In this document: positions 13,015 through 25,230 of the stretch, in pieces
Position numbering within the stretch: the first letter of the stretch is position 1
Layout of the letters: every line of letters begins with the position of its first letter
Assembly (NCBI RefSeq): GCF_006345805.1
Contig: NC_042997.1
Location: forward strand, 106,888,001 to 106,952,000
Direction: 5' to 3'
DNA: 64,000 bases
Origin: Octopus sinensis
Taxonomy: Eukaryota
Translations under genes and position numbers: made by a program
Notes under the pieces: generated by a model
What the model saw: the letters and a program-made list of their open reading frames with translations, nothing else
Told to the model about the DNA's origin: nothing
The model's database searches: none

Positions 13015-13140
13015 TCTATCTATCTATCTATTTGACTATCTGTCTCTCTCTCTATCTACCTATCTATGTATCTATCTATCTGACTATCTGTCTCTCTCTC
13101 TATCTACCTATCTATCTCTCTATCTCGAATATGAAATGAG
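13015..13140. repeat. (TATC)n/(TC)n compound microsatellite with a duplicated ~44-bp unit
   Basis: Direct reading. Confidence 0.9.
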
Positions 13141-13439
13141 ATAGAGAGATAGATATACATACATACATATTCACACACACAAAGTTAGTAACTTTGACAA
13201 GTAATGTGTGGCGGTAATAGCTATTGCTACTAGATGATGATGTTCTAAGTATGTCTGTCTGCAAATATGTATTGTCTATATTCTAATATATTTACTCACT
13301 GACACACAATTACGCACACACTCCTTCATACACGCAGTTTGTATTTCATTAAACACAAAAACAAAAAGACCAGAAGAAATGGATTGGTTGAATTGTATCT
13401 TACACACATATACCAGACACTAAGCAGTCTGTAGTAGTG

Positions 13440-13628
13440 GGTTCACATAAGGCGGCGGGGGAAGAGTGCTGCATTTTAAGATTCACCACTTACAACCGGC
13501 AGAAGCGGCGGATGTTTAGTTTGCTTCAGTCATTCGCAACGTTTTGCCTCTAATGTTGCAGTTCTTACCGCTCCTTGGCACCCATGATTTCTTACCTCGT
13601 TTGGCCAACAACAAAAAGCTGTGCGAAG
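13440..13628 (+). promoter_or_regulatory. CpG-rich putative promoter / first exon ending in a splice donor
   Basis: Local CpG/GC enrichment that I could not match to any repeat in the window (GGCGGCGGGG at ~13451, GAAGCGGCGGATG at ~13502). Donor AAG|GTAATG at 13628/13629. Confidence 0.5.
13584..13628 (+). CDS. Candidate first coding segment (model A: MISYLVWPTTKSCAK, phase 0). Model B starts at ATG 13553 (MLQFLPLLGTHDFLPRLANNKKLCE, phase 1)
   Basis: ATG 13584 to the donor is exactly 45 nt and joins in frame to the 22539 exon. ATG 13553 gives 76 nt and needs the 17-nt exon at 22190-22206. Both start contexts are weak. Confidence 0.35.
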
Positions 13629-16600
13629 GTAATGTATAATAATAACATATATGTATATATATATACACACATATATATATATATACACCATACTTACTAG
13701 CCTTCGACTTTTTTTTTTATCCAAAGGGGATTATTTACACTCTTTTTTTTTTATAGTTTTATTTACTTCGAGATCCACCATTCCGAAAAAGAATTATTTA
13801 TATATGTGTATGTTTGTGTTTATGGAGTTTCTGTTTATTGTTTACGTAGGTTTATTCTCTTCACTTGTAATATATGCGTGTATGCTGTATCGAGTAAAAT
13901 ATTGATCTCCTAACAAAAGATGAATTTTAAAAGGGCTATATATATATATATACATACATACATACACAGAAATATGGCGTTAGAAGCATAAAAGGTAAAA
14001 GCAACCGGATAAAACAGACTTGGTTTGACAAAGTATTCAATATAATTGTTATTCTGCTGCATGGGAACTCGGAATTCTATTTAAATTCCAATCTTTTTAT
14101 TTATAATTTGCTCTCATGTTCTCTCGTCTGTCGCCCTTATGACAAAGAAATTACCGTTATAAAAACACTACTATTAGTAGTAAAACATGAATTTTACTGC
14201 ACACGTATTCCTTAGCTGAGATTCTTTAAAGTTTAAAAATTGAAAGCCAGTTTGTTTTGGTATTAGTACCACACACGCACGTATATATATATAAAAGATA
14301 ACTATGTGTAAACATTAAGATAAATAGATAAAGGCAAACGTTATGACACTTGTCATGCCTAATGGCATGTTAAGACGAGAAAATAACTCTGGATAATGTT
14401 TTCCTCATTGTTACCAATAAAAATAACCAACGGGCTACACCCAGTCATATAAATATGTGTGTTTGTTTACATATCGGTACCAATTAAAATACATGTGTGT
14501 ATTAAATATCTGTGCATGTACGTGCTATAACTACTGATGAAGAGCTGTTAAAAAGGGAGTCGTTACTTCGACCCAGTTCCTACTCCCAGTTGGCTTTATT
14601 AAATTTGAACGAAGGGATGGAGATACCTAGTAAATTCAGTGAGGCTTTACCAAATATTTTCATATGCGTAGCTGTATTTTCCTTTCATTTCTATTATTGT
14701 TTAGACTAATGAGGCAGGGCAGCACCCATGGCTTTTTTTCAGGATTTCTGAGGCTGTTAGAGAAAGAAGGGAAGAAATCACAGCTTTTTTTTTTGTTACC
14801 ATAAAACCGGAGACCAAGCCCGAATGCTTGCGAGGCACTCAATGACCAGATGGTCATATTAAACTGAAGTAAGGTATAGTTCACCCAGCAAGATTCCGCA
14901 CAGTTTCCGGTTACCTTGTTTTGGTCACAAGGATTGGGTTCAACTGGCTCGCGTAGACATGCTTTCACACGTGTTTGTATACTGCATTATATATGTGTGT
15001 GCGCTGGCGTGGCTGTGTGGTTGAAAGTTTGGTTCAAAACTACGTGGTTCTGGGTTCAGTACTACTATATGGCACCTTCTATTATCGCCTCGAGCCAACC
15101 AAATGTAAAACAATAATGATCAAATGATTTTGAACTAACATATGTGTGTCTGTTTGCCCCCTACCATTGCTTGATAACCGGTGTTGGTGTATTTACGTTC
15201 TTGTAAATTAGTCGCTCAGTAAGAGAAGACTAAAACCCTGCATAGCCTCAACTAGATGACGGAAACAAGTTGATTGTAACTGGAATGAAGGGATTCATCA
15301 CAGTTCATTTTTTTGTTCTGAGTAACTCCTGTGTTAAAATCCGTGTAACATAACTTAGTTTTTACCATGGCACAAAATACTAGACTTGTAATCAGTGTCG
15401 TTTTAAGGGCACACTGAGCAGGGGCCCCATTTTGATCTATTTATGCTGTAGTTTGCTTGACCCAGTACCTTGATTTGCCCAGGCGCCTATATTATGCTAC
15501 GGTATCTCTGTAGTTTTTAGTGAACATAACTTTGCATATTGAGTATGGGTCTTTGACTTTGATCCTTATGTTCAATTGCTGATCGATTTTCCCCTCCCTA
15601 TTCGGATATGCCTGTAATAAAAATTATTGTATACCCAAGAGAAGATAAACAAAATATCATTGAAGGCTTTGTTATAATTTTGACATAAAAAAGACTTTCT
15701 GTTTTTTATTGTTTTCCTTCTTAGCTGAAATTCCTTGCTATCCTAAACCTTTTTGATTGTCTTTGAAGAAGTTTTGCTAAATTAACTTGAGAATTTCCCG
15801 ACAGTTTTAGAATGGTTTATTTTGATTACATTTCGATAAATTGCTGAGATAAAAGGAAATTGGTGTTTTGAAGTTGCTTTGTGATATCTTATAACCAAAA
15901 GATTCTCGCCATTCACTAATTCTAAAGACTGTAATATGAGAGAATTTCGTCTAGTTTATGAAGAAGACATTATGAAGCAAATATGTAGAGAGAAATAAAG
16001 CGATTATATAAGAGAAAAAGAGTAAACATAGGAGAAAAAGAAAATGGGTGTATTTAGGAATAACTATGATGATCATGTGTTTATGTTGTGAAGGTTGATG
16101 TATTATTTTTGTAGAATAAACGTAGAAGTGTGAAAAACAGTGAGCTCAAGAGAAACAGGAATTTTAATAATACAAAAGAGAAATACAGAAGGCTTCACTC
16201 AATAATTTAATATTGGACAGTGAAAATATTTGACTTAGTATTACGGTATTGTGTGTCTTCCGAACTCCAGATATTTTGATGTGAAAGGGAGTGTCTGTGT
16301 TAGTAATTTTATTATAAACTGACTGTGTATTTGAACTTAAGATCTGCCATGTGATAATTCATCATCTTCATCATAGATGTATCTTTTTTTTTTAATGTTT
16401 TGTCAGAATGAACAGCATGACTTTCCCTAAATTCAAGATTGGTACTCATGCACAAACACACTTTTTCTGCAATACTTCTGCTATCAGCAATGAGGCATAT
16501 CTTTTCTGATTTATCTGAAGAATTGATTGCATGCTGGACTGGCTGAATAAACAAACATCTACATGTACGCACACACAATTTATTGAATAACCTTTGCTTG

Positions 16601-17947
16601 AAACACAGGGAGTCACACACACGCGCACATGATGGCTTTCTGTTTGGTTTCCATTGACCAAATTCCAAGTCTTGGACCACATGTATATGAAGTAAACTTC
16701 TTAATAACACAGCTAATCTGCAGCTGTGTGTAGATATATGTGTGTCTGTAGGTGAGGTCAGAACAGTACTGGAGGTGTAATTTTCGTCACGGACAAGTGA
16801 ATTTTGGAAGAGAGGCCTTGCAAGTCTATCAGATAGATGGAAGTGCATTGTAGAAAATGGAGAGTCTATTTTTGATTAAAAAGAACTTAATTTTGAAAAA
16901 TAAAAGAAGTAAAAAAAAATATTATTCATGGGATGACCCAATACATAAACATACAGGTGTAGTTGTTTGGTAAGAAGCTTGCTTCCCAACCACATGGTTC
17001 CAAGTTTTGTCCCATTGCATGGCACCTTGGACAAGTGTCTTCAAACAATAAGCTTGGGCCAACCAAATCCTTATGAGTGGATTTGGTAGATGGAAACTGA
17101 AAAAAGCCCATTCTATATATGTATACATTTATGTGTGTGTCTGTGTTTGTGCTCCTACCATCACCTGACAACCGTTGTTGGTGTGTTTATATCCCTGTAG
17201 CTTAGCAATTCAGCAAAAGAGCCCAATAGAATAAGTACTAGGCTTACAAAGAATAAATCCTGGCATCAATTTCTTTGAATAAAAAGCCCTTTAAGTAGTG
17301 CTCCAGCATGGCCACTATCAAATAATTGAAACAAGTAACAAAATATACACACTGACTGATGAATTTGCAGAATAATATTAATGCCAGACAAATTCTTTGC
17401 TGCATCTGTTCTTGATCTTTACATTCTGAGATAAAATCCCCCAAAATGTTTATTGAAATTTTTCATTATTATGGCTTACCTGATGATAAACCATGTCTAG
17501 CATGACCTGCTTTTTGAAAAAAAGTTGCCCATGCATGTCTTGGATATTCTGGGAGTGTCTGCTTGTAACCACATGGTCACCTACAAAAAACATTAATTGA
17601 AAGGCATCCTGCAGGCCAATGTGAAGTCATACTTGATTACAGATGACAGCTGTATTGTTATATCTAAATATAGTTTATTTTTGAAGTTGACTACTCTGCC
17701 ATTACTTCAAATTTCCTTTTCCTATGCTAGCATGGGTTACACAAATACATAATGCTGAATCATTGCTTCACAGCCAGATACCCTTCCTATTACTATTCCT
17801 AACCTATTTTTCAAGCAAGAGAGTTTTTCATTCCATATGTCTTTTAAAATACAGAACTAGCATATGGTTTATTTACAAGGAAACGGCAAACATTAATTGT
17901 AGCTCGTGCAATTTCAGAATATAAACAAATTTACACACACACATATT

Positions 17948-18275
17948 GAGACCCCTTTCCGTCATAACTGACTGTGGGATTGCACCTAGAAAGTTACCTT
18001 CCCAGGTACAAGTCTGGGCAAGGTTGTTTATGGAAGAACTGCAGTCGCCCATGCATACCGGCCTCCCCTCTCTACACCACCAGTGTTATCCAAGGCAAAG
18101 GCCGATACAGCTTGGCACCTGTGACATTGCAACTCATTTCTACAGCTGAGTGAACTGGAGCAACATGAAATAAAGTGTCTTGCTCAAGAACACAACATGC
18201 AGCCCGGTCTGGGATTCGAACTCACAACCTCACGATTGTAAGCTCGACGCTCTAACCATTGAGCCATGCGCCTTC
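17948..18275 (-). mobile_element. tRNA-derived SINE (family Y), reverse orientation
   Basis: Reverse complement of the 54263-54600 element; B box GTTCGAATCC on the minus strand. Confidence 0.85.
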
Positions 18276-18787
18276 ACACACACACGCACACACACATGTA
18301 TACATGTACGTATATATAAATGATAGTCTTTGTACAGTTTCTCTCTACCAAATTCATTCACAAGGCATTGGTCAATCTATGGTAATAGCAGAAAACACTT
18401 GTCCAGGACTGAACTCAGAATTATATGGTTAGAAAGTGTGCTTCTTAATCACACAACCATGCCTGTTCAATCATAGTAGCTTGTTTCTAGCAAGGAGACT
18501 GGTAGCATGTATATTATTAGTCACCATGAAATAGCCTTCTGTACTTCATTGGAATTTAACTTATACCAGTTAAGTAAACTGAATCTCATGAATGCGTGAG
18601 GTTCAAATTTTTAAAGAATCTGTTTGTAAAGTGAGTAATTAATTGCTCTGAATATTTAAGACTTTAACTTTTAAAGAATTAAACATACTACTTGAGTAAT
18701 TCTGATAAATCCCTAAGGAATAGCTATTGGTAATTTAATTTTTATAATCTTGCTTATAAATATTTTAAATGTATAATATCATTTGGG

Positions 18788-20149
18788 TATCAAACTTGGG
18801 ATCTGACTGACAGATTAAAAATATTTTTTAAACTAAACACTTTGAAACTTTGGATACTGGTAGAATGTGTCACATAGAACAGGTTTTGGAAGTTATTTTG
18901 TGTTAAAGTTGTATTTGGGTAATTTTAACCAATCAATGATGTGTATTCAGCTGAAGAAAGTTACTGCTGCTGTTTGTAAACAACAATTTCCAGGTCCACT
19001 CCCCTAACAAAACCCTTCTTTAACCCTTTAGCATTCACATTATTTTGTCAAATGTAATACTTATTTAGTCACATTGTTTTGAATTAGTTATGCATCATTT
19101 TGTAGCTTTGAGATTTTGTGGAGGTAACTGCTAATTTTTAGAATGATATTGTCGGTTTAGTATGAGAGGCCACATCTGCCCAGCCTGAACATACAACAAG
19201 TAAGTAAACATACTACATTTCAGCCGGATATGACCAGTTTAAATGCTAAAGGGTTAATAACCAGAGATGTTTTTATAGCAACATAGGTTTGCTGTATCAG
19301 GGTTGATTTGAGGCTAAATAACAACAAAATTATTACTGAGACAGACCAATGATGGAGACTGTATGTGGTTGCATGACCTGCTAGAAAAAGTAACCAAACT
19401 TTTTTTATATACAGAATAGAAAAACCTCTATCCTGTGATCTACTCATCAAGTCCATTGTGTATATATAAACTTGCATATTTTTTTCTTGAAGACAAATTT
19501 CATTCTTCTTTTTGTCAGGAAGATTTGGTTGCTCTTTCTAGCAACTCGAGTGACCAAGTAAAGGCTCTCTTGTTGCCTCATCTCGTTCCCTTCATCACTT
19601 ATTATTTAGTCCCGAGTTGAATCTGATTGAACAGATTTTCTGAAAGACGTCCCAACTGTGACATTCTGTCTTTCTACCCAGACATAAAGGACTCTACGTG
19701 TATATCACAGAATAGAGGTTTTTCTATTCTGTATATAAAAAAAGTTTGGCTACTTTTTCTAGCAGGTCATGTAACCATACACAGGCTCCGTCATTGGTCT
19801 GTCTCAGTAATAATTTTATTGTTATTTAGCCTCAAATCAACGCTGATACAGCAAACCTATGTTGCTATATAAAGAAGAGTTTTGTTAGGGAAGTGGACCT
19901 GGAAGTTGTTGTTCGCAAATAACAGCAGTAATTTTCTTCAACTGAATACACGTCATTGATTGGTTAAAATTACCCAAATATGACAACTTTAACCCAAAAT
20001 AACTTCTAAAATACAAAATTTTGTCAAAAACATCACGAGTAAATCCTGTTCTATGTGACACATTCTACCAGTATCTGAAGTTTCAAAGTGTTTAGTTTTA
20101 AAAATTTAATTAAAAAATCTGTCAGTCAGAAAAGATCCCAAACTTGATA
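18788..20149. repeat. Long inverted repeat: arms 18788-19439 (with MITE insertion) and 19704-20149, spacer 264 bp
   Basis: Arms are reverse complements with high identity by eye, including 80 bp inner and 17 bp outer segments that the dispersed copy at 10127-10485 lacks. Confidence 0.9.
19024..19253. mobile_element. TTAA-flanked piggyBac-like MITE inserted in the left arm of the long inverted repeat
   Basis: TTAA|CCCTTTAGCATT … AATGCTAAAGGG|TTAA. The related copy at 10127-10485 shows the empty single TTAA site. Confidence 0.85.
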
Positions 20150-20671
20150 AATTTCATTGGCATTGAACCCATAACTAAATATAGCAACAATTCTGGCAAA
20201 TATTTTCTATTTGTATGATTAGATGGTAAACGTATATAAACCTGAAACATTTAGAATATCCTAGAGAAAGGCACCCAGCTTGCTTGTTATGTTGTGCTAC
20301 ACTTGAAATAGCCTTAATCTCTTGGTGTAATTGTGTTTGTTCAGTAGGATACCTTGTTGAGATTAAAAAGCTTCCTTAAGTTTCATCAGAACTAGACAAA
20401 TAATTGACTTGATCCTTACCTAAATTTATCACTATGTCATTCTGTTGGAAATGGCAGGCTTCACTTTATATGAGGTAAAAATAGTTTCTTTGATCTTTCA
20501 TCTTCATTTATGATCCTTAATCTAAGCTTAAACTCTTGTTTGATTTAATTAATGTCATATCAAAAGAATGAGGTTTCAATCTCTGGTGGTACTGTATATT
20601 TTACTCTTTATTCCTTCCATTACCCATATCTACAACCGTCACTCACTCACTCACAAGCAAGTATGGCAGTT

Positions 20672-20850
20672 AACATGTACCATGCTTTCACTAACTGCTT
20701 TTGATGACTGTGTCGTCATGAGCAGACACATTTTTGGTCTACCTACCCATGTTCCAGTAGAATATTGGGAATGTGACACGTGGAAGAAGAAGGTTCCACT
20801 GGTTCTCATTTTCAGCGGAGTTGACTGGAGCAGCATAAAATGAAGTGTTC
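20672..20850 (-). mobile_element. 5'-truncated family Z SINE abutting the + copy in inverted orientation
   Basis: Minus strand reads GCTCCAGTCAACTCCGCTGAAAATGAG…AAAGCATGGTACATG. Confidence 0.65.
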
Positions 20851-20860
20851 TCTGTGAAGG

Positions 20861-21135
20861 TATGTGGCCTAGTGATTAAGGTCTTGAACTCATAATTATA
20901 GGGTCATAGGTTCAATTCTTGGACTGGGTAGTGCATTGTATCCTTGAACAAGACACTTCATTTCACACTGCTTCAGTCTACTCAGTTGAAAATGAATACC
21001 AGCTGAGTGCTGAGTAATCCATTTTGTCTCCCTCAGACTGTCACATCCTCAATATTCCACTGGATCAATGAGTGGGTGGGCTGAGAGTGCTTGTAACTAT
21101 ATAGGCACCTTAATTAACAAAAGCATGGTACATGC
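20861..21135 (+). mobile_element. tRNA-derived SINE (family Z; another copy at 33061-33315)
   Basis: tRNA-like head, central domain as in family Y, tail ending GCATGGTACATG. Confidence 0.7.
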
Positions 21136-22189
21136 TACCAAGTCTTAGTCACTCACAAGTGGATGGCTTTTGATTAACCTGAACTTTGTATCTAACTCCA
21201 GAAAGGTTAGTCCAATGCTATTTGCAAGTACTTTTCACTGCTAACTTTTATCACTTCGCTCCCAGTATGCCTCATCTATTTCCATCACATGGTTGCTTCT
21301 TCTTCATTAGCAAACGTCTTTGTTGCCTGTCACTTTCTCAACTGAGTTACATTCATTTTGTCTTATGTTACTATTACACACATAAACACAGAATGTAGTT
21401 CTCGGGGAGAATCATTACTATGCTGGATAGGAAACTTAGCGACATTTTGTCCATCTCTACATTCTCAGTTCAAATTCTGACAAGGTTGACTTTGTCTTTC
21501 ATCCTTTCCAGGTTAATAAATAACTACCAGTTGAGCACTGGGACCAATTTAATTGACTTGGTCCCTCCCTAAAACTACTGGCCTTGTGCCAAAACTTGAA
21601 ATCAATACTATACAACCCCAGCAATTTGCATTTAAGTTTTTCTTCCTATTCATTGCATACTTTCTAACCCCCTCTCCATATTCTACTTATATATATATAT
21701 CATATCGTTTTTAACTTCTTTTGTTTGTACTTATACCCCTCCCTCAAAAAAAACACCCCCTACTGTTAACCTTTTCTGTGTATTGTTTAAACAACTGTCA
21801 TCCTTTTTTTTCATTCCCACTATGCAGTACATTGATCAAGTACCTTCTACTATAAACTCTGGCTTGACCAATACAGTGGGAATGAAATTTGGTGAATAGA
21901 AATTGTTTACAAAGCCCATGTGTGTGTGTGTGTGTGTGTGTGTGTTTCTTGGCATCAAGGATGCTATTTTTTCTAGCATTAATCATGAAAATTTAATGTG
22001 TATCATAAAAGATGAAAGTTATATTTTTCATAAGCCAACTTTAATGTTATAGGAAGGTTATCTATGCTACTTAAGCATGTTATTGTACTGTAAAAGTAAA
22101 TCCTGGTTATTAGTGATCAACAGGATCTTTATGTTGGTTAAAGTATGTGAAACTGCTTATCTTTTTTTCAAAAATGTTTCAAATCACAG

Positions 22190-22206
22190 TTGGAGTAGTC
22201 TTTAAG
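22190..22206 (+). CDS. Candidate 17-nt microexon (phase 1 to 0; (V)GVVFK), needed only in model B
   Basis: aaatcacag|TTGGAGTAGTCTTTAAG|gttagg. The polypyrimidine tract is somewhat distant. Confidence 0.3.
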
Positions 22207-22538
22207 GTTAGGTTTGGTAACCAGAAAATATAGTATTTGATACAGTATTGCTGGTTAAAACAAGACTGGTGTTTAACCAACGTAAACAAAAAAAGGTACT
22301 GCAGTTGCGCTAAAAGGTTCTAAGGATAGTACTTCAACATGGCTGCAGTTTAGTGACTGAAACTAATTAAAGAACAAACAAATCTATCTGTACCATTGTC
22401 TCCTAAAAGACTGCTAACAACAGCATAGATTCTCTGTCAGAACATACATGTATCTTTTTTTACTTAGCACTTCTCTTTGATTTGTCATTCAAGAAAAACT
22501 TGAACATACATTCAACCTGTTAGATTTTTTTTTACTAG

Positions 22539-22582
22539 AATAATCTTTATGAGCCTATTAGTGTTGATTACATTGAAGATGG
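22539..22582 (+). CDS. Candidate 44-nt exon (NNLYEPISVDYIED-G; phase 0 to 2)
   Basis: tttttttttactag|AATAATCTTTATGAG...GAAGATGG|gtaaat. Open frame with Tyr motifs YEPI and YIED. Confidence 0.55.
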
Positions 22583-24672
22583 GTAAATTCAATGTAATTA
22601 CATATGTCATAATTCTTCATTAGCAGCCCTGAACAGTCTGGACTTGATATTGTCATTCTTTTGGTGTGTTTTGATCAGGCAAGAATACAACTAGAACACT
22701 ACTTGAACAATGAGATTTAGCCCATATAAACATGCTAGATATTACACTTCTACCTAGTACTACAATTGAGAAGTTTATAGTGTCTAAATAGATGCTCTCA
22801 TTAGTATGGACTGCAAAACTTATCTCATTACCACCCACACTGCACTTCCACCCAGCTAACCTCTGCATGACACTGTGTTCAATAGATTTCCTGATTAAAT
22901 CCAAAAGGTCATATCTGAGTGTTAAGTATACAGTTGACTATCAGATTTCCGTGGATCTATTCAAGTCAAATTAACTGGGAGTACTTAACAGTAACAACAA
23001 CAATAATCATTTAATTTGATGTATGTTGCATGTAATTTTATATTGAATCAATGAGATCAATGTTTTGTTTTTTCTTCATCATCATTGTTGTTGTTTGTCT
23101 TCTGCTTTTTCTGTGCTGACATGAATTGAATAAAGACTTACTGAAGCAATGTTGTGGCCAGATACCCTTCCTGATGCAGCCATTTTTATTTTCAAATTTA
23201 TGTACTTATTTTACTGGTTTTCACACATCAAAATGAGATCTAGGACAGTCAAAAGTCACTACTGCTTAAAGCGATGTGAATGCAGACACACACACACATT
23301 TATACATTCATGCATATACATGTCATCATTATCACCATATGATAATGATGACATTATGTGCATGTGCACACACACACACATACACGTATCGCATTTTTAT
23401 ATTTCTACAGAAATTCAAGATGAACATAAATATCACTAATCTAGGTAGACTATCAAATGTCAAGAATACTGATATGCAAATCAATGATGGAGAATGGTTT
23501 GGTCACTTGACAGAAGAATGTGTTGTTTGTTATAGTTCCTAGCATCAAATAATCAAGTTAATATAAGGAAAAAGGTATGAATACCAAACTGCTATTGATT
23601 AGAACCTGCTAATATTTCAGAGAGATGAACTGGCAGAATGATTAGGCACAGCAGTAGCTGTGTGGTAAGTAGTTTGCTTACCAACCACATGGGCAAATGT
23701 CTTCTGCTATTGCCTCAGGCCAACTGAAGCCTTGTGATTGAATTTGGTTAGCAGGAGTTACTGTTGTGTGTGTACATGTGTAAGTGCTTGTCACTCGTAA
23801 CAAAAAGGGCAAATCATCATCATTATCATCGTTTAACGTCTGCTTTCCATGCTAGTAGGGGTTGGACAATTTGACTGAGGGTTGGCAAACCAGATGGCTG
23901 AACCAGGTTCCAATATTGATCTGGCAGAGTTTCTACAGCTGGATGCCCTTCCTAACGCCAACCACTCCAAGAGTGTAGTGGGTGCTTTTACGTGCCACTG
24001 GCACAGGGACCAGTAAGGCGGTACTGGCAACGACCTCACTCGAATGTTTTTTTACGTGCCACCAGCACAAGTGCCAGTAAGGCAGTGCTGATAACGATCA
24101 CGCTCGAATGGTGCCTTTTACATGCCACCGGCACAGAAGCCAGTTGGTAATGATCACGCTCAGATGGTGCTCTTAGCACCCCACTAGCATGGGGCACAAG
24201 TACTATATATATATATAAATAAATATATATACATACACACATACACTACCTTTTATGTATTGAGTTCTGTATTTTATAAGTTCCTGTTGAATCAGCAGAA
24301 ATTTTCATATATCATCATCAGCACCTTTCATGGTGGTGTGGATTGAGCATAACAGCTCATCAGAGAGTATTTTACTCGTGGTTCATTTTGATTTGGTTAC
24401 TAAACAAGTGTCATGTCCTCAACAAGATTGAGTTTTCACAGCTTCACACCTTGCACAATGTACTGGATACATTTCTCATGACACCAACACTAGAGAAGTG
24501 ATCATGTCCTCGAGTATGGTTAAAAGGACTTAATATCCCCCAACATTCTGCTTGTTCATCAGCTTTTTTACTGAGTGAGAAGCATGAGTGATAGATACAG
24601 ACTTTAAGAAGCATCTATGCTTATCTATCTATCTATATATATATATATAAGACCAAAGTGTATGCACGCTGC

Positions 24673-24733
<61 letters not shown>

Positions 24734-24735
<2 letters not shown>

Positions 24736-25230
24736 GAGGCGCAATGACCCAGTGGTTAGGGCAGCAGACTCGCAGGTTATAGGATCGCAGTTTCAATTCC
24801 CAGACCAGGCATTGTGAGTGTTTATTGAGCGAAAACACCTAAAGCTCCACGAGGCTCTGACAGGGAGTGGTGGTGTACTCTTTCACCACAACTTTCTCTT
24901 ACTCTTTTTTCCTGTTTCTGTTGTACTTGTATTTCAAAGGGCCAGCCTTGTCACACTTTGTGTCAGGGTGAATCTCCCCGAGAACTACATTAAGGGTACA
25001 CGTGTCTGTGGAGTGCTCTGCCACTTGCATGTTAATAAATAAGCTGCAATGTCACTGGTGCTAAGCTGTATCAGCCTTTGCCTTTCCCTTGGATAGTATC
25101 GGTAGCGTGGAGAAGGGAGGCCGGTATGCATGGGTGACTGCTGGTCTTCCACAAACAACCTTACCCAAACTTGTGCCTCAGAGGGTAACTTTCTAGGTGC
25201 AATCCCATAGTCATGACTGAAGGGGGTCTT
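24734..25230 (+). mobile_element. Chimeric SINE: family X 5' part joined to family Y 3' part
   Basis: 24734-25036 aligns with 48280-48590; 25037-25230 aligns with 54395-54595. Confidence 0.8.

Noticed and set aside
11869-13144. Hydrophobic, membrane-like ORFs (105, 102 and 97 aa)
   Set aside because: They translate pyrimidine-rich low-complexity DNA and (TATC)n repeats.
16407-16441. 35-nt + exon candidate with ATG (MNSMTFPKFKI)
   Set aside because: Weak donor (GTACTC), and stops arise when it is joined to exon 1 in either frame.
16312-16848. 178-aa minus-strand ORF, second longest in the track, with an upstream acceptor-like site at 16865
   Set aside because: Its middle runs through a decayed copy of the abundant SINE (AAGAAGTTTACTTC…GAATTTGGT…ATGGAAAC…GTGTGTGTG). 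The Cys/Val content comes from TG repeats and there is no recognisable domain.
20568-20843. 91-aa + ORF resembling a signal-peptide protein
   Set aside because: Most of it is the reverse complement of a family Z SINE.
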